Counted from the first letter of the stretch, positions 38,901-46,978 are shown. The stretch is 49,064 nucleotides of DNA from a virus (IMGVR_UViG_3300012953_000047:1-49064), one strand, 5' to 3'. The notes: generated by a model from the letters alone, not told the origin. A program made the numbers and translations.

Positions 38901-41900
38901 TCCAGATATAGTAACAATATCACGATTAAGTAGTCCATGAGGTGATGTGTGTATTCCTAAGAACTGAGTAGGAGTTAATCTATAAAACTCAACATTATTC
39001 AAGGTAGTCGTATTGACACTTACCGTTCCAATTCCTTGACCAGAAATTCTAGTAACGGATCCACTTGGAATAAAAGAATTGTTTTCTTGTTTTTCAAAAA
39101 CAATTTCATCACCAACTTGATAACTTTGTCCACCAGTTACAATTCCTATGGAATCTACTGAGCCTTTCTTAACAAACTTTATCTGTGATTCTTGTTCAAC
39201 TTCTCTATAAGATTGTTTTACATAATTATAACCACTATTATCTTCCTCTAACGAATATGGATAAGTATTACGAGTCCAAGTGGTTTCATTTAGATCAATA
39301 CGATCTTGTCTAGAATTTGGATCATAGTTAAACCCATTTGGAGTCGAATAAAAACTATTTCCAATTAAATATGGGAATTTTGGTTGTTTGAAGTTTTTAA
39401 AGATGCCATCTCCAGAGGCAACAGCATCAATGGTAGCAAAGTATGCATATGTTCCATTTGGATATTCTGGAGTAAGACCAAATCTTCCATTATGTTTATC
39501 AAGGTAAGACTCATCAGTATTTTCAAACCATTTAAAATCCTCAACAAAAAATTCTGGTGGGAATTCACTTGTTGGAGGTCTGGTTGCCCTCAAATTTAAG
39601 GTATATCCAGATTTCATTTGGGTTACAACTCCACCAGCCTTAGTGGTGTATCCATAAGGACCATAAATTGGATTTCCATCATATGCCCATCCAATTATGG
39701 GGGAGTGAGCATCTGAAGTGCTTTCAGATCCATTAACCAACGTTAGATCTTTTTTACCAAATAAAGTTTTACCATCCGCAGATGATCCATATAAACTAGA
39801 TCTTAATGGTCTAGGTGCATAAACATATCCACACTGCAATCCAGTACGGTTAAGAGACTGATCAATAAAAACATCATCCGGAGTTAATTGTGGTAAAGTT
39901 TTTCTAAACTTATTAACAGTCCACCGCTGAATATTTGGTTTAAAGTTTGCAAGTTCTCCAGAAGTTACCACATCAACAGAAGTGGTGGATGATCCATATC
40001 CAGCACCAGAATTAGCAATATTTACTGAAACAATATTCCCTTCAGAGTTTAATTCTGGAATGAGTATAGCTCCCGTGCCGATTCCAAGAACTTTGATCTC
40101 TGGTGCAGTATTGTAGTCAGTTCCTGCAGCACTAACTATGACATCAGTAATTCTTCCATTAGTTACAATGGGAGTTATTTCACCATCTCTACCAGAATTT
40201 AAATCTATTAGGGGAGGTCTTTCATAATTTAAAATATTAGTAACACCATATCCTACGCCATTATTTTCTAAGAAAATATTTGTAATTTCACCTCTGATAA
40301 TCGGTTGAATTTGAGCTCCAAAAGATTTCCCTTCAATACTACTAATTCCCAAATTACCTGAGATTGATACTGTTATATCCTGATAGTTGAAAGTGTGCTT
40401 TCCATCTCCAATATTATCAAAATTTTGATATTGCTTAGTTCTATAATAAAAATCTGACTGAGTAGACCCAACACCAACTGCAGACAGTTTAAATTGATCA
40501 TCATTTAAAACGGTCACATAATAGCCTGTGGAGTTTGTCAATCCTCCTATCGCAGTACCACTTGTAGTGTACTTTAAAATCTCTCCACTATCATATCCAT
40601 GATTTTCAATATTGATCAAATTAAGAGCAGTATTTACTCCAGCAGATACACAATTAGTTTGCCTATTTTTATACCCACTACCACTATTTGTTACATTGAT
40701 AGAACTTACAATAGATTTTCCTTCTAAAGAATTAAGAGAATGAATTCCTTCACCAAAATCAGTAAATGTAACGATACCTATTCCAGTAGAAGCTTCGCTT
40801 AAATTTTTGTGTAAAGTTAAAGTGTAATTATTAATAACATTTACATAGTAAGTTGCATCACTAGTAAGTCCAACAAGTGCTTTTTTACCAAAAGTCTTGT
40901 AAACTACCCTTTCTCCATTTCTGAATTTATGTGTGGTAGAAAATCCAATAGTAGAAGTATCAACACCAACTCCAGCAGATCCTATACCGCTAGCATCAAA
41001 AGTAACATTATGGGGAATGGTGATCAGTTTTGCTTCAGCAGTCGCTCCTTCACCAGATCCTCCAGAAATTTTGATTACGGGAACATCGAGATAATCAAAT
41101 CCAGAATCAATAACTCTGATTCCTTTTAAATTACCTTCAACCCCACAAAATCCTGTTGCACCTGTTCCAACTGAATCAGTTACTCCTAAAGCAGGTGGAT
41201 TGATTACATCGTAATTTTCTCCTCCATTCGTAACTGAAATGGAAGACAACTCTCCATAAAAACAAGTATCTGTTGACTTATAATTTAAAACTTCAACACC
41301 ATTGATTAGCATGCCATTGTATCCTGGCATTGTTTCGTATTCTTTTCTATCTTTAGATTGAGTTTTTATTTCTCTGAGCAGTTGTTGTGCTTCAATCCTT
41401 CTTAGAAAGACCTCATATAACTCAAAGTCATTACTTATGATAGTTACGGTATCAGTAGAACCTTCTACCTCTACAAAAAGACCATTATGGATATTTGCCC
41501 TACTTCTAGCTAATTTAATAGTATTAGCATCTACTCTTTTGACAAAATATGCCGCTTCATCAAATAGAGAACTAATAAGAAATTCTTGATCAATAATTGT
41601 GCCGTCTGATAAGGTTCTTTCAACAAAACCTTTTTGTGGCGTGTAAATGATCTTATCACCTGTGTAGAAATTATGATCAACCCCGTCTGTAATTTTCAGA
41701 TCTGTGCTTCCGACGACAAATGTTCCAGAAACAGTAAATTTTTGAAGTTTCGGATCCATTTTTGTATTTGGATCTGATGGTAATGATGAAGATGCTATAA
41801 GAACCTTAGAAGAATTTGGATCATCATCAATCGTAGCATGTGGGTAATTTGTATGCTTTGCCCCAACCATTCTTATGATTGTGCCATCTTCTTCAACATG

Positions 41901-43601
41901 TTCATGAGATGGACCAGAGTATCGCTTTCCATTAACAAATCCACCATCTGGTTTCAAATAAACATTTTGAATATTTGCTATTAATGAATTTAAATCAGTG
42001 TGTATATTAGAATCAACTTTTCTAATTTTTCTAGTTACCCTTAATATAAGACTTGCATCAGTAATACCAGTTCCTCTGAAAAGGCAAGTATTATCACCAA
42101 AAATATCAGTAACTACAAATTCATCTGGCAATATTAAACCATTAACATCGGTTAAAGACAGCGTGTCTCCTATTCTAAGAACATGGCTATCTTTTGTTAT
42201 TAATCTGTAGGTATTGTTGGCCGCATCAACAAGTACAAGACTCTCTACATCATAATATTGTGCCGTATTAAATAACCAATTATTTTCTTTTACGGTCGAT
42301 CCAGATTTTCCTAAAGTTTTTATTTTCGCCTTAGAACCCGTTTTTTGATAATATGTATTTCTAGGAACAGAAACACCATTTAAAACAGATCTAATCTTTA
42401 TTCTGACTCCATTATCAACAGGATTTCCAACATATGCAAACGTATCTTGATCAATAGCAGTTCCATCATTTATTTTTGAGGTAATTCCTTCAGTTTCAAC
42501 ATTTAAAAATTGATTTAAAGTTTTATCAGAATAAGTACAAACTCCAACAGTTCCATTTGAATATTGGAAAGTTAAAGTCCCTTCCTCCGGAAACCCAACA
42601 GTAGTGTCAACATCAATGAATGATTGACCTTCTACAACATCTCCAATTATAAATGTTTTGGGATGTGGAGAAAAGTCTCCATATAGCAAGTCAGATGATC
42701 CATCATTTTGAATTAAAGATCCATCGACGGCTATCTTATAATATTTTGCTGTCCCAATACCGGAGTAAATTTTTTCTACGCTGGATATTGGAGCATATGC
42801 TTTTCGGATATTTTCAAATTCATCCTGGAAAAGAGTTCTGTTAAGTAAATTTTCAGGATCTCCCTCTACAACTTCAACGATTAAATTTCTATTGATTCTA
42901 TAATTAGCGTCTGAAGGGGTAATTACAGAATCAATAGGGCGAATTATTTGAGCACTTTTTCCATACAGAGCTTTGAAAAGAATTTCAAAAGACTTATCGG
43001 TTCCTCTTGAAGAATAGAAACTCTTAGAATTTTTAATAAATGATCTTTGATTTAAATCAGAAAATAAATCTTTATCACTTAATCCAGATAAAAGTTGCTT
43101 CTTTGTTTTTCTTAAAAACTCATCTAAAAAGATAGCAGTTAAGTTTTCAACTTCAGTATATGGTTCGTGTGCGGCCGCAGTCGTATTATCAAAAACTAAT
43201 TCTTCAGAATCATTTGCATTGTCATATGAAACAGTTCCAGAAAATCCTCTGATACAAGTTTCAAAAGTTACATCTGTTTTAAATCTATAATATATGATTT
43301 CGTTGTTAATTTTAATTAAACCGTCAGAATCTGGAAATCCCTCAGTGCTTTCGACGTATATATTACCAACTCTAAATTGATCAAGTTGATATGTTAAAAC
43401 CGTATTTTTAACAAAACCATCAGTTGTAGTTTTTTTTATATATTCATCAATATTTTGAATTATATCAAGAGGGCCACCTTGATATTCCTGAGATCTATAG
43501 TACCTTGATAAAAATTGCCCAATCAAAGGAAATTCTTCCCTCACATAAGAGGGTAATTGGCTCTCGACGATGGAACTAATTTTTACTCTGTTTTCTTTCA
43601 T
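29976..43601 (-). CDS. g7: Giant baseplate wedge protein gp7-like (4541 aa), multi-repeat
   Basis: Between g6 and g8; QLPSYVREE.P..FL..YY..QE, FY.SRGT..SF.ILFKALYG, IHDNEYYQSFSYSIKS..HAAGF; YHYH-like segment at ~39370-39710. Confidence 0.85.
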   Translation of the reverse strand: MKENRVKISSIVESQLPSYVREEFPLIGQFLSRYYRSQEYQGGPLDIIQNIDEYIKKTTTDGFVKNTVLTYQLDQFRVGNIYVESTEGFPDSDGLIKINNEIIYYRFKTDVTFETCIRGFSGTVSYDNANDSEELVFDNTTAAAHEPYTEVENLTAIFLDEFLRKTKKQLLSGLSDKDLFSDLNQRSFIKNSKSFYSSRGTDKSFEILFKALYGKSAQIIRPIDSVITPSDANYRINRNLIVEVVEGDPENLLNRTLFQDEFENIRKAYAPISSVEKIYSGIGTAKYYKIAVDGSLIQNDGSSDLLYGDFSPHPKTFIIGDVVEGQSFIDVDTTVGFPEEGTLTFQYSNGTVGVCTYSDKTLNQFLNVETEGITSKINDGTAIDQDTFAYVGNPVDNGVRIKIRSVLNGVSVPRNTYYQKTGSKAKIKTLGKSGSTVKENNWLFNTAQYYDVESLVLVDAANNTYRLITKDSHVLRIGDTLSLTDVNGLILPDEFVVTDIFGDNTCLFRGTGITDASLILRVTRKIRKVDSNIHTDLNSLIANIQNVYLKPDGGFVNGKRYSGPSHEHVEEDGTIIRMVGAKHTNYPHATIDDDPNSSKVLIASSSLPSDPNTKMDPKLQKFTVSGTFVVGSTDLKITDGVDHNFYTGDKIIYTPQKGFVERTLSDGTIIDQEFLISSLFDEAAYFVKRVDANTIKLARSRANIHNGLFVEVEGSTDTVTIISNDFELYEVFLRRIEAQQLLREIKTQSKDRKEYETMPGYNGMLINGVEVLNYKSTDTCFYGELSSISVTNGGENYDVINPPALGVTDSVGTGATGFCGVEGNLKGIRVIDSGFDYLDVPVIKISGGSGEGATAEAKLITIPHNVTFDASGIGSAGVGVDTSTIGFSTTHKFRNGERVVYKTFGKKALVGLTSDATYYVNVINNYTLTLHKNLSEASTGIGIVTFTDFGEGIHSLNSLEGKSIVSSINVTNSGSGYKNRQTNCVSAGVNTALNLINIENHGYDSGEILKYTTSGTAIGGLTNSTGYYVTVLNDDQFKLSAVGVGSTQSDFYYRTKQYQNFDNIGDGKHTFNYQDITVSISGNLGISSIEGKSFGAQIQPIIRGEITNIFLENNGVGYGVTNILNYERPPLIDLNSGRDGEITPIVTNGRITDVIVSAAGTDYNTAPEIKVLGIGTGAILIPELNSEGNIVSVNIANSGAGYGSSTTSVDVVTSGELANFKPNIQRWTVNKFRKTLPQLTPDDVFIDQSLNRTGLQCGYVYAPRPLRSSLYGSSADGKTLFGKKDLTLVNGSESTSDAHSPIIGWAYDGNPIYGPYGYTTKAGGVVTQMKSGYTLNLRATRPPTSEFPPEFFVEDFKWFENTDESYLDKHNGRFGLTPEYPNGTYAYFATIDAVASGDGIFKNFKQPKFPYLIGNSFYSTPNGFNYDPNSRQDRIDLNETTWTRNTYPYSLEEDNSGYNYVKQSYREVEQESQIKFVKKGSVDSIGIVTGGQSYQVGDEIVFEKQENNSFIPSGSVTRISGQGIGTVSVNTTTLNNVEFYRLTPTQFLGIHTSPHGLLNRDIVTISGLTTTTAELRDFINVGVNTASLSITKAVDNIGATGIVTYFSVIGDLRFVNENDIFKIGSENVRILNVDGPASRIRVLRQENSTVGTSHAESSNLESLPRKVLFSVGITTDISQKINKEYYFNPAEAVGLSQGTSTSVGIGTTLGISNPGSGKTQIFVETRAIYLPNHGLKTGDVLTYETNSGSSIGIATNPNTGIAATNPNTTLLNQHSKLFVANLGVDFIGLSTVKIGIGTTGSFVGVADTTSHQRIMHFLGIGTGTYHSFKTTHPAIKGKIEKNQVTVSTSGTHGLLNNDTVTINVSPENTTSINLLYNRTNRKSIVTGLAFTSGGITTAGFTTTSNVIPVRSSISLSNHGLETGQKVIHIADSSSGGLETDTEYFVYVVDKDTIQLTEDKFQLIKSLPNFVAISTASSGEIYPVNPSIKLYKNSIVNFNLSDNTLAYTQNATSFPAFELKFYTDENFINEYFGVGTLNDDGTFDITSTGTVGVTTDAKVTLRVKKDTPETLYYRLSPIKDLYNLAVNREISEDRDSTSNKLIIQNSKYNGQQNITVSSDNTFTYEATEVPEASSYSHNSAKLSYTTNSENTYGSITEVAITNKGAGYEIIPGITTVTSSLGRGSLLEPASTSIGKVESISIKNIGFDYSSDRTLRPTVKLPQTFRIEPLTGLESVGVTSVGRGYNTAPSLVVLDGKTKKRVDDIKLKYTLGAGVEILQNTNDLASIAPSIIPVGNPNGIRASNLSYDDANEEVTVTLRDAFSTVDTFPFAVGDKVLVENVSVGIGSTALGFNSENYDYIRFEITEVFQNLSSVGIVTYSMAGLVGSGQTTGKFNAKNSSAILVKEVDFPQFNPILKSNVFDVGESVNNGKQSADVFEWDAKNKYLTVESSKDFSVEDIIKSDQTGRKGRVKEVISFETTHNIDYFSIMDDGWEYDKGFLNKETQRIHDNEYYQSFSYSIKSEVPFEDWDEVVSQLNHAAGFRKFSSLDIESSLPRQDQATLKPITNQSIELIYNLDRVKSLNCVDNFDLVSENYLRGSVRDYSDEINFSTKILQDYAESVGNRVLTVDDFSAEFNNNARTTRFEEVFRGRFANNRAQKFVAYIRDRLFTGERQIMLINAVYDTGRGFAMINQYGSVHTVVDLGSFDAAIEGTEAVIQFFPNKFELNNYDVEFFAYNIDTNILGVTTTQEFITVGSTTIGESTGLTGGLVSIASSVTQMAGGAETTIVTLAGIGTTVSGGRSAKILVNVEGSDGSVEYDELTVVHDGTNVQMMEYGQLTIHSLDASSTGSNIGTFGANISGNDLRVTYTPIAGMTTAYVNTITVGLASEAYTGIGTYEFAHSSIEAKSTTIPSTSTPVAVGIASYSDDYDAAYVFVQVSDTTNGRYEVSEVMIIDDYNDEDPESIQVMEYGNTQIGSGAFVGLGTISGRRASDGSNNTELTFTPDAGAKIEVKTYMNAMRPEANESPVPARAVGGETELDFGNAAIENSNAIYTGTQNTVKRQFNMQHKTLDIFRRVVDGSSTAAVDVSNDTITIPDHFFVTGEELVYEPSTGIGTHAIGIGRTTFVGVGSTTQMPTSVFVIKQSESKFKLARSAEDALKTIAVPLNFTSVGVGTSHSFTSKNQNQKVILSIDNIIQSPVAGTSVTTILADKAIQNTDIIKFVGLTSFFGADYIRVGPEDTGEIMKILGVGIGSTNAIKVQRGWLGTAIVGHDTGATVTKLRGGYNIVDNYVNFAEAPNGLNPVVLPDSPPDSRDWVGIVTSSSFNGRVFTRSGVPGSTGEAYSQNYLYDDIAQQFTGKDAEFALTTDNGTNVSGVATNNAVVLINNIFQGPGNNYDYNLTEVGGISSIRFTGTASSVAYDPNNANIPVGGVIVSVGSSEGFGYQPLVSAGGTAIVSIAGTITSISVGNTGSGYRSGIQTVNVSIQREKLNGADVTPIGTAAVSNGHVTGVAITDSRVFYKPRDIYNVGYSSITGITTVTTAFEHNLIVGNEVIVSGIAFTCDYAPSVGVQSAIYNNVTGIMTVTTSGAHGLSTTGKSSDVILTGLAFTCGLGATVNHIYPRNRDRFFDTAISIASTTSTTITLDVSKSPVGQQYDHRFIGAASSAVIQGGDYPHAFLYATTNSVTTGVGTEFTATNATYDAKTGLFVLTIPSHGLSTSDTVGIGTSSIVFRCEMDQYGSDHPYPRPTDPIAGIQTAITAVTDNTITINVGASGLNFYNVSDATYAADTGVLVLTIGAHTLLPGRSIKLKKESLRFTCSKNSYATQHAYPREGDPIFDGTPVVGVASATQFTINVGISTVPTQYVSGGFVQPALIAPRANNNSASGQDPAFDGASVLRILSPTEFEIDSGISTRGHLYARGGKVNELLKVIIDAPHSYVNIPLEYSSDSLGSGGVNATIDVVVGQGSSVIDFSISNTGYGYGVGQVLTIPSGGATGIPTTASSNFEEFVVDILEIDSDSFVAWSIGQLQVLDDVSSLFDGVTKTFPISLNGNSFSIQSAPGSLVKVQDTLLLFVNDILQVPEESYFFTGGSNFSFEEAPKAGDTFKLIFYRGTGGADVIDRDIIETVKTGDDLTIGYNRKLKQTPLNINQDKFLQEDARTVSEITSSSSVDTNPYSGGGISDLTRMLRPVKWCRQTEDRIVNGKNVSKARDLYNARIFPSTHIIKSVGIGSTIVSVDNVKPFFNAKNENKVSTDFQKDILFIDNPQNVAAAATAVVGNGVTVASIVISDGGKGYTSAPSVTIQNPVGLGTTSRATATATISGGSVTAISVDTGGVGYAQTTHPRVLIGPPTFVTEKNTIDSYSGDFGIITGIGTTSIAGVAVTGLVLDLVIPSDSFLRDGAITQPSAITASGIATGDLFVIRNSNVGHGVTSLDENNAVVGVGTSFMDGVYRVAHVTTGVSTDAIGFGLTTLTQVVVSVNSLNGLTGLSTASFYGEYSWGKLVLTDRFKNQSYTANTSNGITGIETGPVVIRQKSLKVKNYST

Positions 43602-43611
43602 TTGTTTTTTG

Positions 43612-45546
43612 TTATCTTACGATATTTCCTGCACTATAGCTGGAACTGACTGTGTAATTGGAACCCGATGGACTTGATCCTGAACTAATTTGATCAACAA
43701 CCATTTCAACAGATGTTCTATCTAACTGGAGATAGAGATCTTGTAAACCAATAACATCATTAGATAATGGACATGTCGATATTTCTAAAATTTGTTGACT
43801 ATCTTTGATTTTTCCTGCAATAATATTGATAGGATTCAATGTTACCCGACCTTTTTCATAATTTACTAGACCAACACCGCTTCTTCTCAAAATTGGAGTC
43901 GTGGACTCTGGAGTTGCCAAAGAGAATAAATTAATAACTCCAGTCTTCTTATCAGCGTTGGGAACGTCAGTAAGATAAACATCCTCATTAATATCTATCA
44001 CCCTAAAAGCAGAGGACTTTATGTTGTATCCATTCATGTTTTTAACATAAAATTCATTTCCAAAATCAATCGCATATTCTGCAAATTGACCTAATGCCAA
44101 CCTCAAATCCCTTCTAATTTCAATAGTTGTTATATTTGAGGTTATTGCAGCATGACTTTGGTCAATCAATCTTAAGAATTGACTATATTTAAATCTCGCA
44201 CCATATCTATTTAATTCACTTGAATCTGCGTATTTTGTAATATTATTTTGAATTTTTGTTGCTAATTCATTGGCATTTGATGCCAAACTTGGGTTATAAT
44301 ATATTTTACTCTGAGATTCAACATAAAGGTACTTCAGATCTAAGATTTCTGGAATTATTCCTGCAACAGAATACTTTCTAAGATCTCTTTTTATGTTTTC
44401 TTTAATGGTGTTTGGTATAAAGTCACCATTTCTTGGTTTTATGCTAATAAAAACTTTTCCATATTGTGGAGGTATCAAATCTTCTCCACCATATACCGAA
44501 ATTGACTCAGCTTCGGGATAAATTTTGTTTGGAATTAAAATTTCAAAGTCATTTGCTGTTAATGCCCGGTTTTGGGTGGCATAAATTTGAGGAGCATACT
44601 TTCTAACAGATTCAACACTCTCAATTTCTTCACCACCACTAGAAGGCAATGATACAGTAACTAAAGATATTCCACTTGTTACTGGAAAAATCGTGTTGCC
44701 TTTAGTATACTCTAATCTACCACTAAAAAGGAAATCGGATATGCCATTTCCTGCAGGCCCAGATGTTCTTATATAAGATATTTCAATAACACTGCCATTA
44801 TCTATTTTTTCTCCAAAAATCCCATCTCCAAAAATTAATTCATATCTTTCATCTTCTACTTCTTGCACAAAATAAATTTTTGAGTTCCCATTAATGGCAG
44901 AACCCATTTTATCGTCAAATAAGTTATCTTGACGAGAATATTTTAGACTGATGGTTGAGTTTATTGTTGGTTTGACCTTTACAACTAAAGTATCTAAGTC
45001 TATACCAGAATTTGTCAATAAAAATCTTTGATTTGTATTAGAATAATCAACTTCATACGATTGATTTACGACACTTCCCTCATAAACCTCAACTTCATCA
45101 AAAAGAGCTACCTGATCAATAACAGATGCAGTTATATCTTGGGTTATACCATAAACAAATGATTGATTATTAAAATTTCCGCCAGATGCAACAACAGGCC
45201 CCTTCTTTAGTGTCAGTGTAGTTGGTGGATTTGTGACATCTGAAAGATCTGCAAAGAAATTGATCGTTGATCTTGATGCTTTTTTGGATCTAGGTACATA
45301 TCCAATGTTTCTTGCAAGAGATACAACATTTTCTCTTAATGTTGCACTATCAATGAACACCTCATTTGCCACCATGTTGGTGTTGTATGCGGTAATATAG
45401 GTGTTATATGCTAATACATCAATAATCGTTGACAGATTAGATCCCTCAAAATCATAATCAGTGAAATTTGAGTATGTTTTTAAATAATTTTTGAGAGTAT
45501 CTTTAATCTGGTCAAAATCCAGACTAGAAAAATTTAAAAGAGACAT
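43612..45546 (-). CDS. g6: Baseplate wedge subunit gp6
   Basis: LDFDQIK, FTDYDFEGSNLS..DVLAYNT, NEVFIDSA.LRENVVS.A..IGYVP, FGDG, QNRALT..D, GKVFISIKP. Confidence 0.96.
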   Translation of the reverse strand: MSLLNFSSLDFDQIKDTLKNYLKTYSNFTDYDFEGSNLSTIIDVLAYNTYITAYNTNMVANEVFIDSATLRENVVSLARNIGYVPRSKKASRSTINFFADLSDVTNPPTTLTLKKGPVVASGGNFNNQSFVYGITQDITASVIDQVALFDEVEVYEGSVVNQSYEVDYSNTNQRFLLTNSGIDLDTLVVKVKPTINSTISLKYSRQDNLFDDKMGSAINGNSKIYFVQEVEDERYELIFGDGIFGEKIDNGSVIEISYIRTSGPAGNGISDFLFSGRLEYTKGNTIFPVTSGISLVTVSLPSSGGEEIESVESVRKYAPQIYATQNRALTANDFEILIPNKIYPEAESISVYGGEDLIPPQYGKVFISIKPRNGDFIPNTIKENIKRDLRKYSVAGIIPEILDLKYLYVESQSKIYYNPSLASNANELATKIQNNITKYADSSELNRYGARFKYSQFLRLIDQSHAAITSNITTIEIRRDLRLALGQFAEYAIDFGNEFYVKNMNGYNIKSSAFRVIDINEDVYLTDVPNADKKTGVINLFSLATPESTTPILRRSGVGLVNYEKGRVTLNPINIIAGKIKDSQQILEISTCPLSNDVIGLQDLYLQLDRTSVEMVVDQISSGSSPSGSNYTVSSSYSAGNIVR

Positions 45547-45948
45547 TTATCTTGTCGGTAGCAATACAAACTCTAATTGTTGTGGCGGAATATCAATGCC
45601 AATGATGCGATAAGTCAATCTACAATCAAAAGCATTATTTTCATAATCTGGAAAAGTTTCAACGGATAACAAACGAACCCTTGGCTCATAATTATTGATT
45701 GAATTTTCAATCTCATCACGAATTGAAATTGCACTAATGTCGTCAATATTTTCAAAAAGCAATTTAGTTACGTTTGATCCAAAATCTGGATCAAAAAATT
45801 TCTCTCCAGGAGACGTTGAAATGATATTTCTTATAGAACGTGCAATAGCATTTGCATTTTTAAGCACTACAAGATCATTATTCAGGGGATTTGCCTGAAA
45901 ACTTGCACTTATATCTTTAAAAGATTGACTTACCCGTTCTAAAGGCAC
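45547..45948 (-). CDS. g25: Baseplate wedge subunit gp25
   Basis: FKDIS, AIARSIRNII.T.PGEKFF.PDFGS, LLFEN, NYEPRV; GTG start. Confidence 0.95.
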   Translation of the reverse strand: MPLERVSQSFKDISASFQANPLNNDLVVLKNANAIARSIRNIISTSPGEKFFDPDFGSNVTKLLFENIDDISAISIRDEIENSINNYEPRVRLLSVETFPDYENNAFDCRLTYRIIGIDIPPQQLEFVLLPTR

Positions 45949-45969
45949 AAAAATACAGCAATTATGTAT

Positions 45970-45976
45970 TATTTAT
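45970..45976 (-). promoter_or_regulatory. T4-type late promoter (ATAAATA)
   Basis: TGATAAATA abutting the upstream stop, upstream of g25. Confidence 0.75.
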
Positions 45977-46137
45977 CAACCAAAAAGTGGTTCTGGTTCG
46001 ATCTCAGGATCAAAAAGTTCACTCTCTTTGATTTTGTCAGTCTTTTTTGGAGTAATTTTGTCATTAGCAATTTCACGAAGCATTTTTTGGTGCTGATCGT
46101 TAGCTAAATTCTCTAAAAAGTCGTTAGTTGGAGTCAT
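45976..46137 (-). CDS. Hypothetical protein (53 aa)
   Basis: Manual translation MTPTNDFLENLANDQHQKMLREIANDKITPKKTDKIKESELFDPEIEPEPLFG; SD GAGG; not in the ORF track. Confidence 0.7.
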   Translation of the reverse strand: MTPTNDFLENLANDQHQKMLREIANDKITPKKTDKIKESELFDPEIEPEPLFG

Positions 46138-46807
46138 TTTCCTCTTTTTCTTTTAAAATTTCTCTTTCTTTTGCTGTTTTCCAAAAATATTCATCTTCAC
46201 GACCCATTCCGAGTCGCTCATAACCGTTTTCAACGCTATAATATTCAGTTGAAACCTTAAAATCAGGCATTTTGGGGTCAACAGGAGTCAAACTGTTATC
46301 GTAAATACGCATTCTATTGTTTGGATAGAGTGCATACTGTCCATTATCTAGTTCAATCAGGTTTGATGACTTGTGTTCAGCTGGATTTTCACTTGTTGCA
46401 TAGTCAACAACATCAGGATCCTGGTGATAATTGTCCAGAGTACACACATAGGTGCCCTTCTGAATGCCAAAATCCCTTGTATACAATTCATAGTCCATAG
46501 AGCCAATAAATTGCTTCTGAACTGCCACAACACCATAGTCCATACAGTTCCAGAACTGTAGGTTAGGAAGGTCCATATCGGGGTCTGGAAGCGTCGGAGA
46601 CGAGAGAAACGCGCTTATAGGTAGTTTGTCATACATTGCCGCATATTCAGGCAAATACGTCTCAAAATAAAAAGCACGCCCAGGAATCGACTTTGCCGAT
46701 ACCCAGACGCCCTTTACAAATTCACCGTGACCTGATTGATGGTCAGTAAGATATTCTTTACGAACCCAAACTTCAACCGAGGGGAGGTTACAAATAAGTG
46801 CCGCCAT
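46124..46807 (-). CDS. Conserved hypothetical phage protein (227 aa)
   Basis: Intact ORF; WVRKEYL.DH, AMYDKLPISAF, LQFWNCM, EHKS...LDNGQYALYPNNR; function unknown. Confidence 0.85.
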   Translation of the reverse strand: MAALICNLPSVEVWVRKEYLTDHQSGHGEFVKGVWVSAKSIPGRAFYFETYLPEYAAMYDKLPISAFLSSPTLPDPDMDLPNLQFWNCMDYGVVAVQKQFIGSMDYELYTRDFGIQKGTYVCTLDNYHQDPDVVDYATSENPAEHKSSNLIELDNGQYALYPNNRMRIYDNSLTPVDPKMPDFKVSTEYYSVENGYERLGMGREDEYFWKTAKEREILKEKEENDSN

Positions 46808-46828
46808 AATAAGTTACATTGCTTTACC

Positions 46829-46835
46829 TATTTAA
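46829..46835 (-). promoter_or_regulatory. Possible late promoter (TTAAATA) overlapping the upstream stop
   Basis: Variant of the nTAAATA core ~21 nt upstream of the ATG at 46807. Confidence 0.5.
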
Positions 46836-46978
46836 CCTTTGCCTTGTCCACGATAGAGTTTCTTTTTACCATTACGCGAGGTCGCGGCCAATTTTGTGTT
46901 CACCGAGCGGCCTTGGCGAGTCTTTTTCGGCGGTGCCTTTTGAAAATCAAAGTTACCACCACTGAACATTCGTGCCAT
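46832..46978 (-). CDS. Small basic protein (48 aa)
   Basis: Manual translation MARMFSGGNFDFQKAPPKKTRQGRSVNTKLAATSRNGKKKLYRGQGKG; SD GGAGG; not in the ORF track. Confidence 0.75.
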   Translation of the reverse strand: MARMFSGGNFDFQKAPPKKTRQGRSVNTKLAATSRNGKKKLYRGQGKG

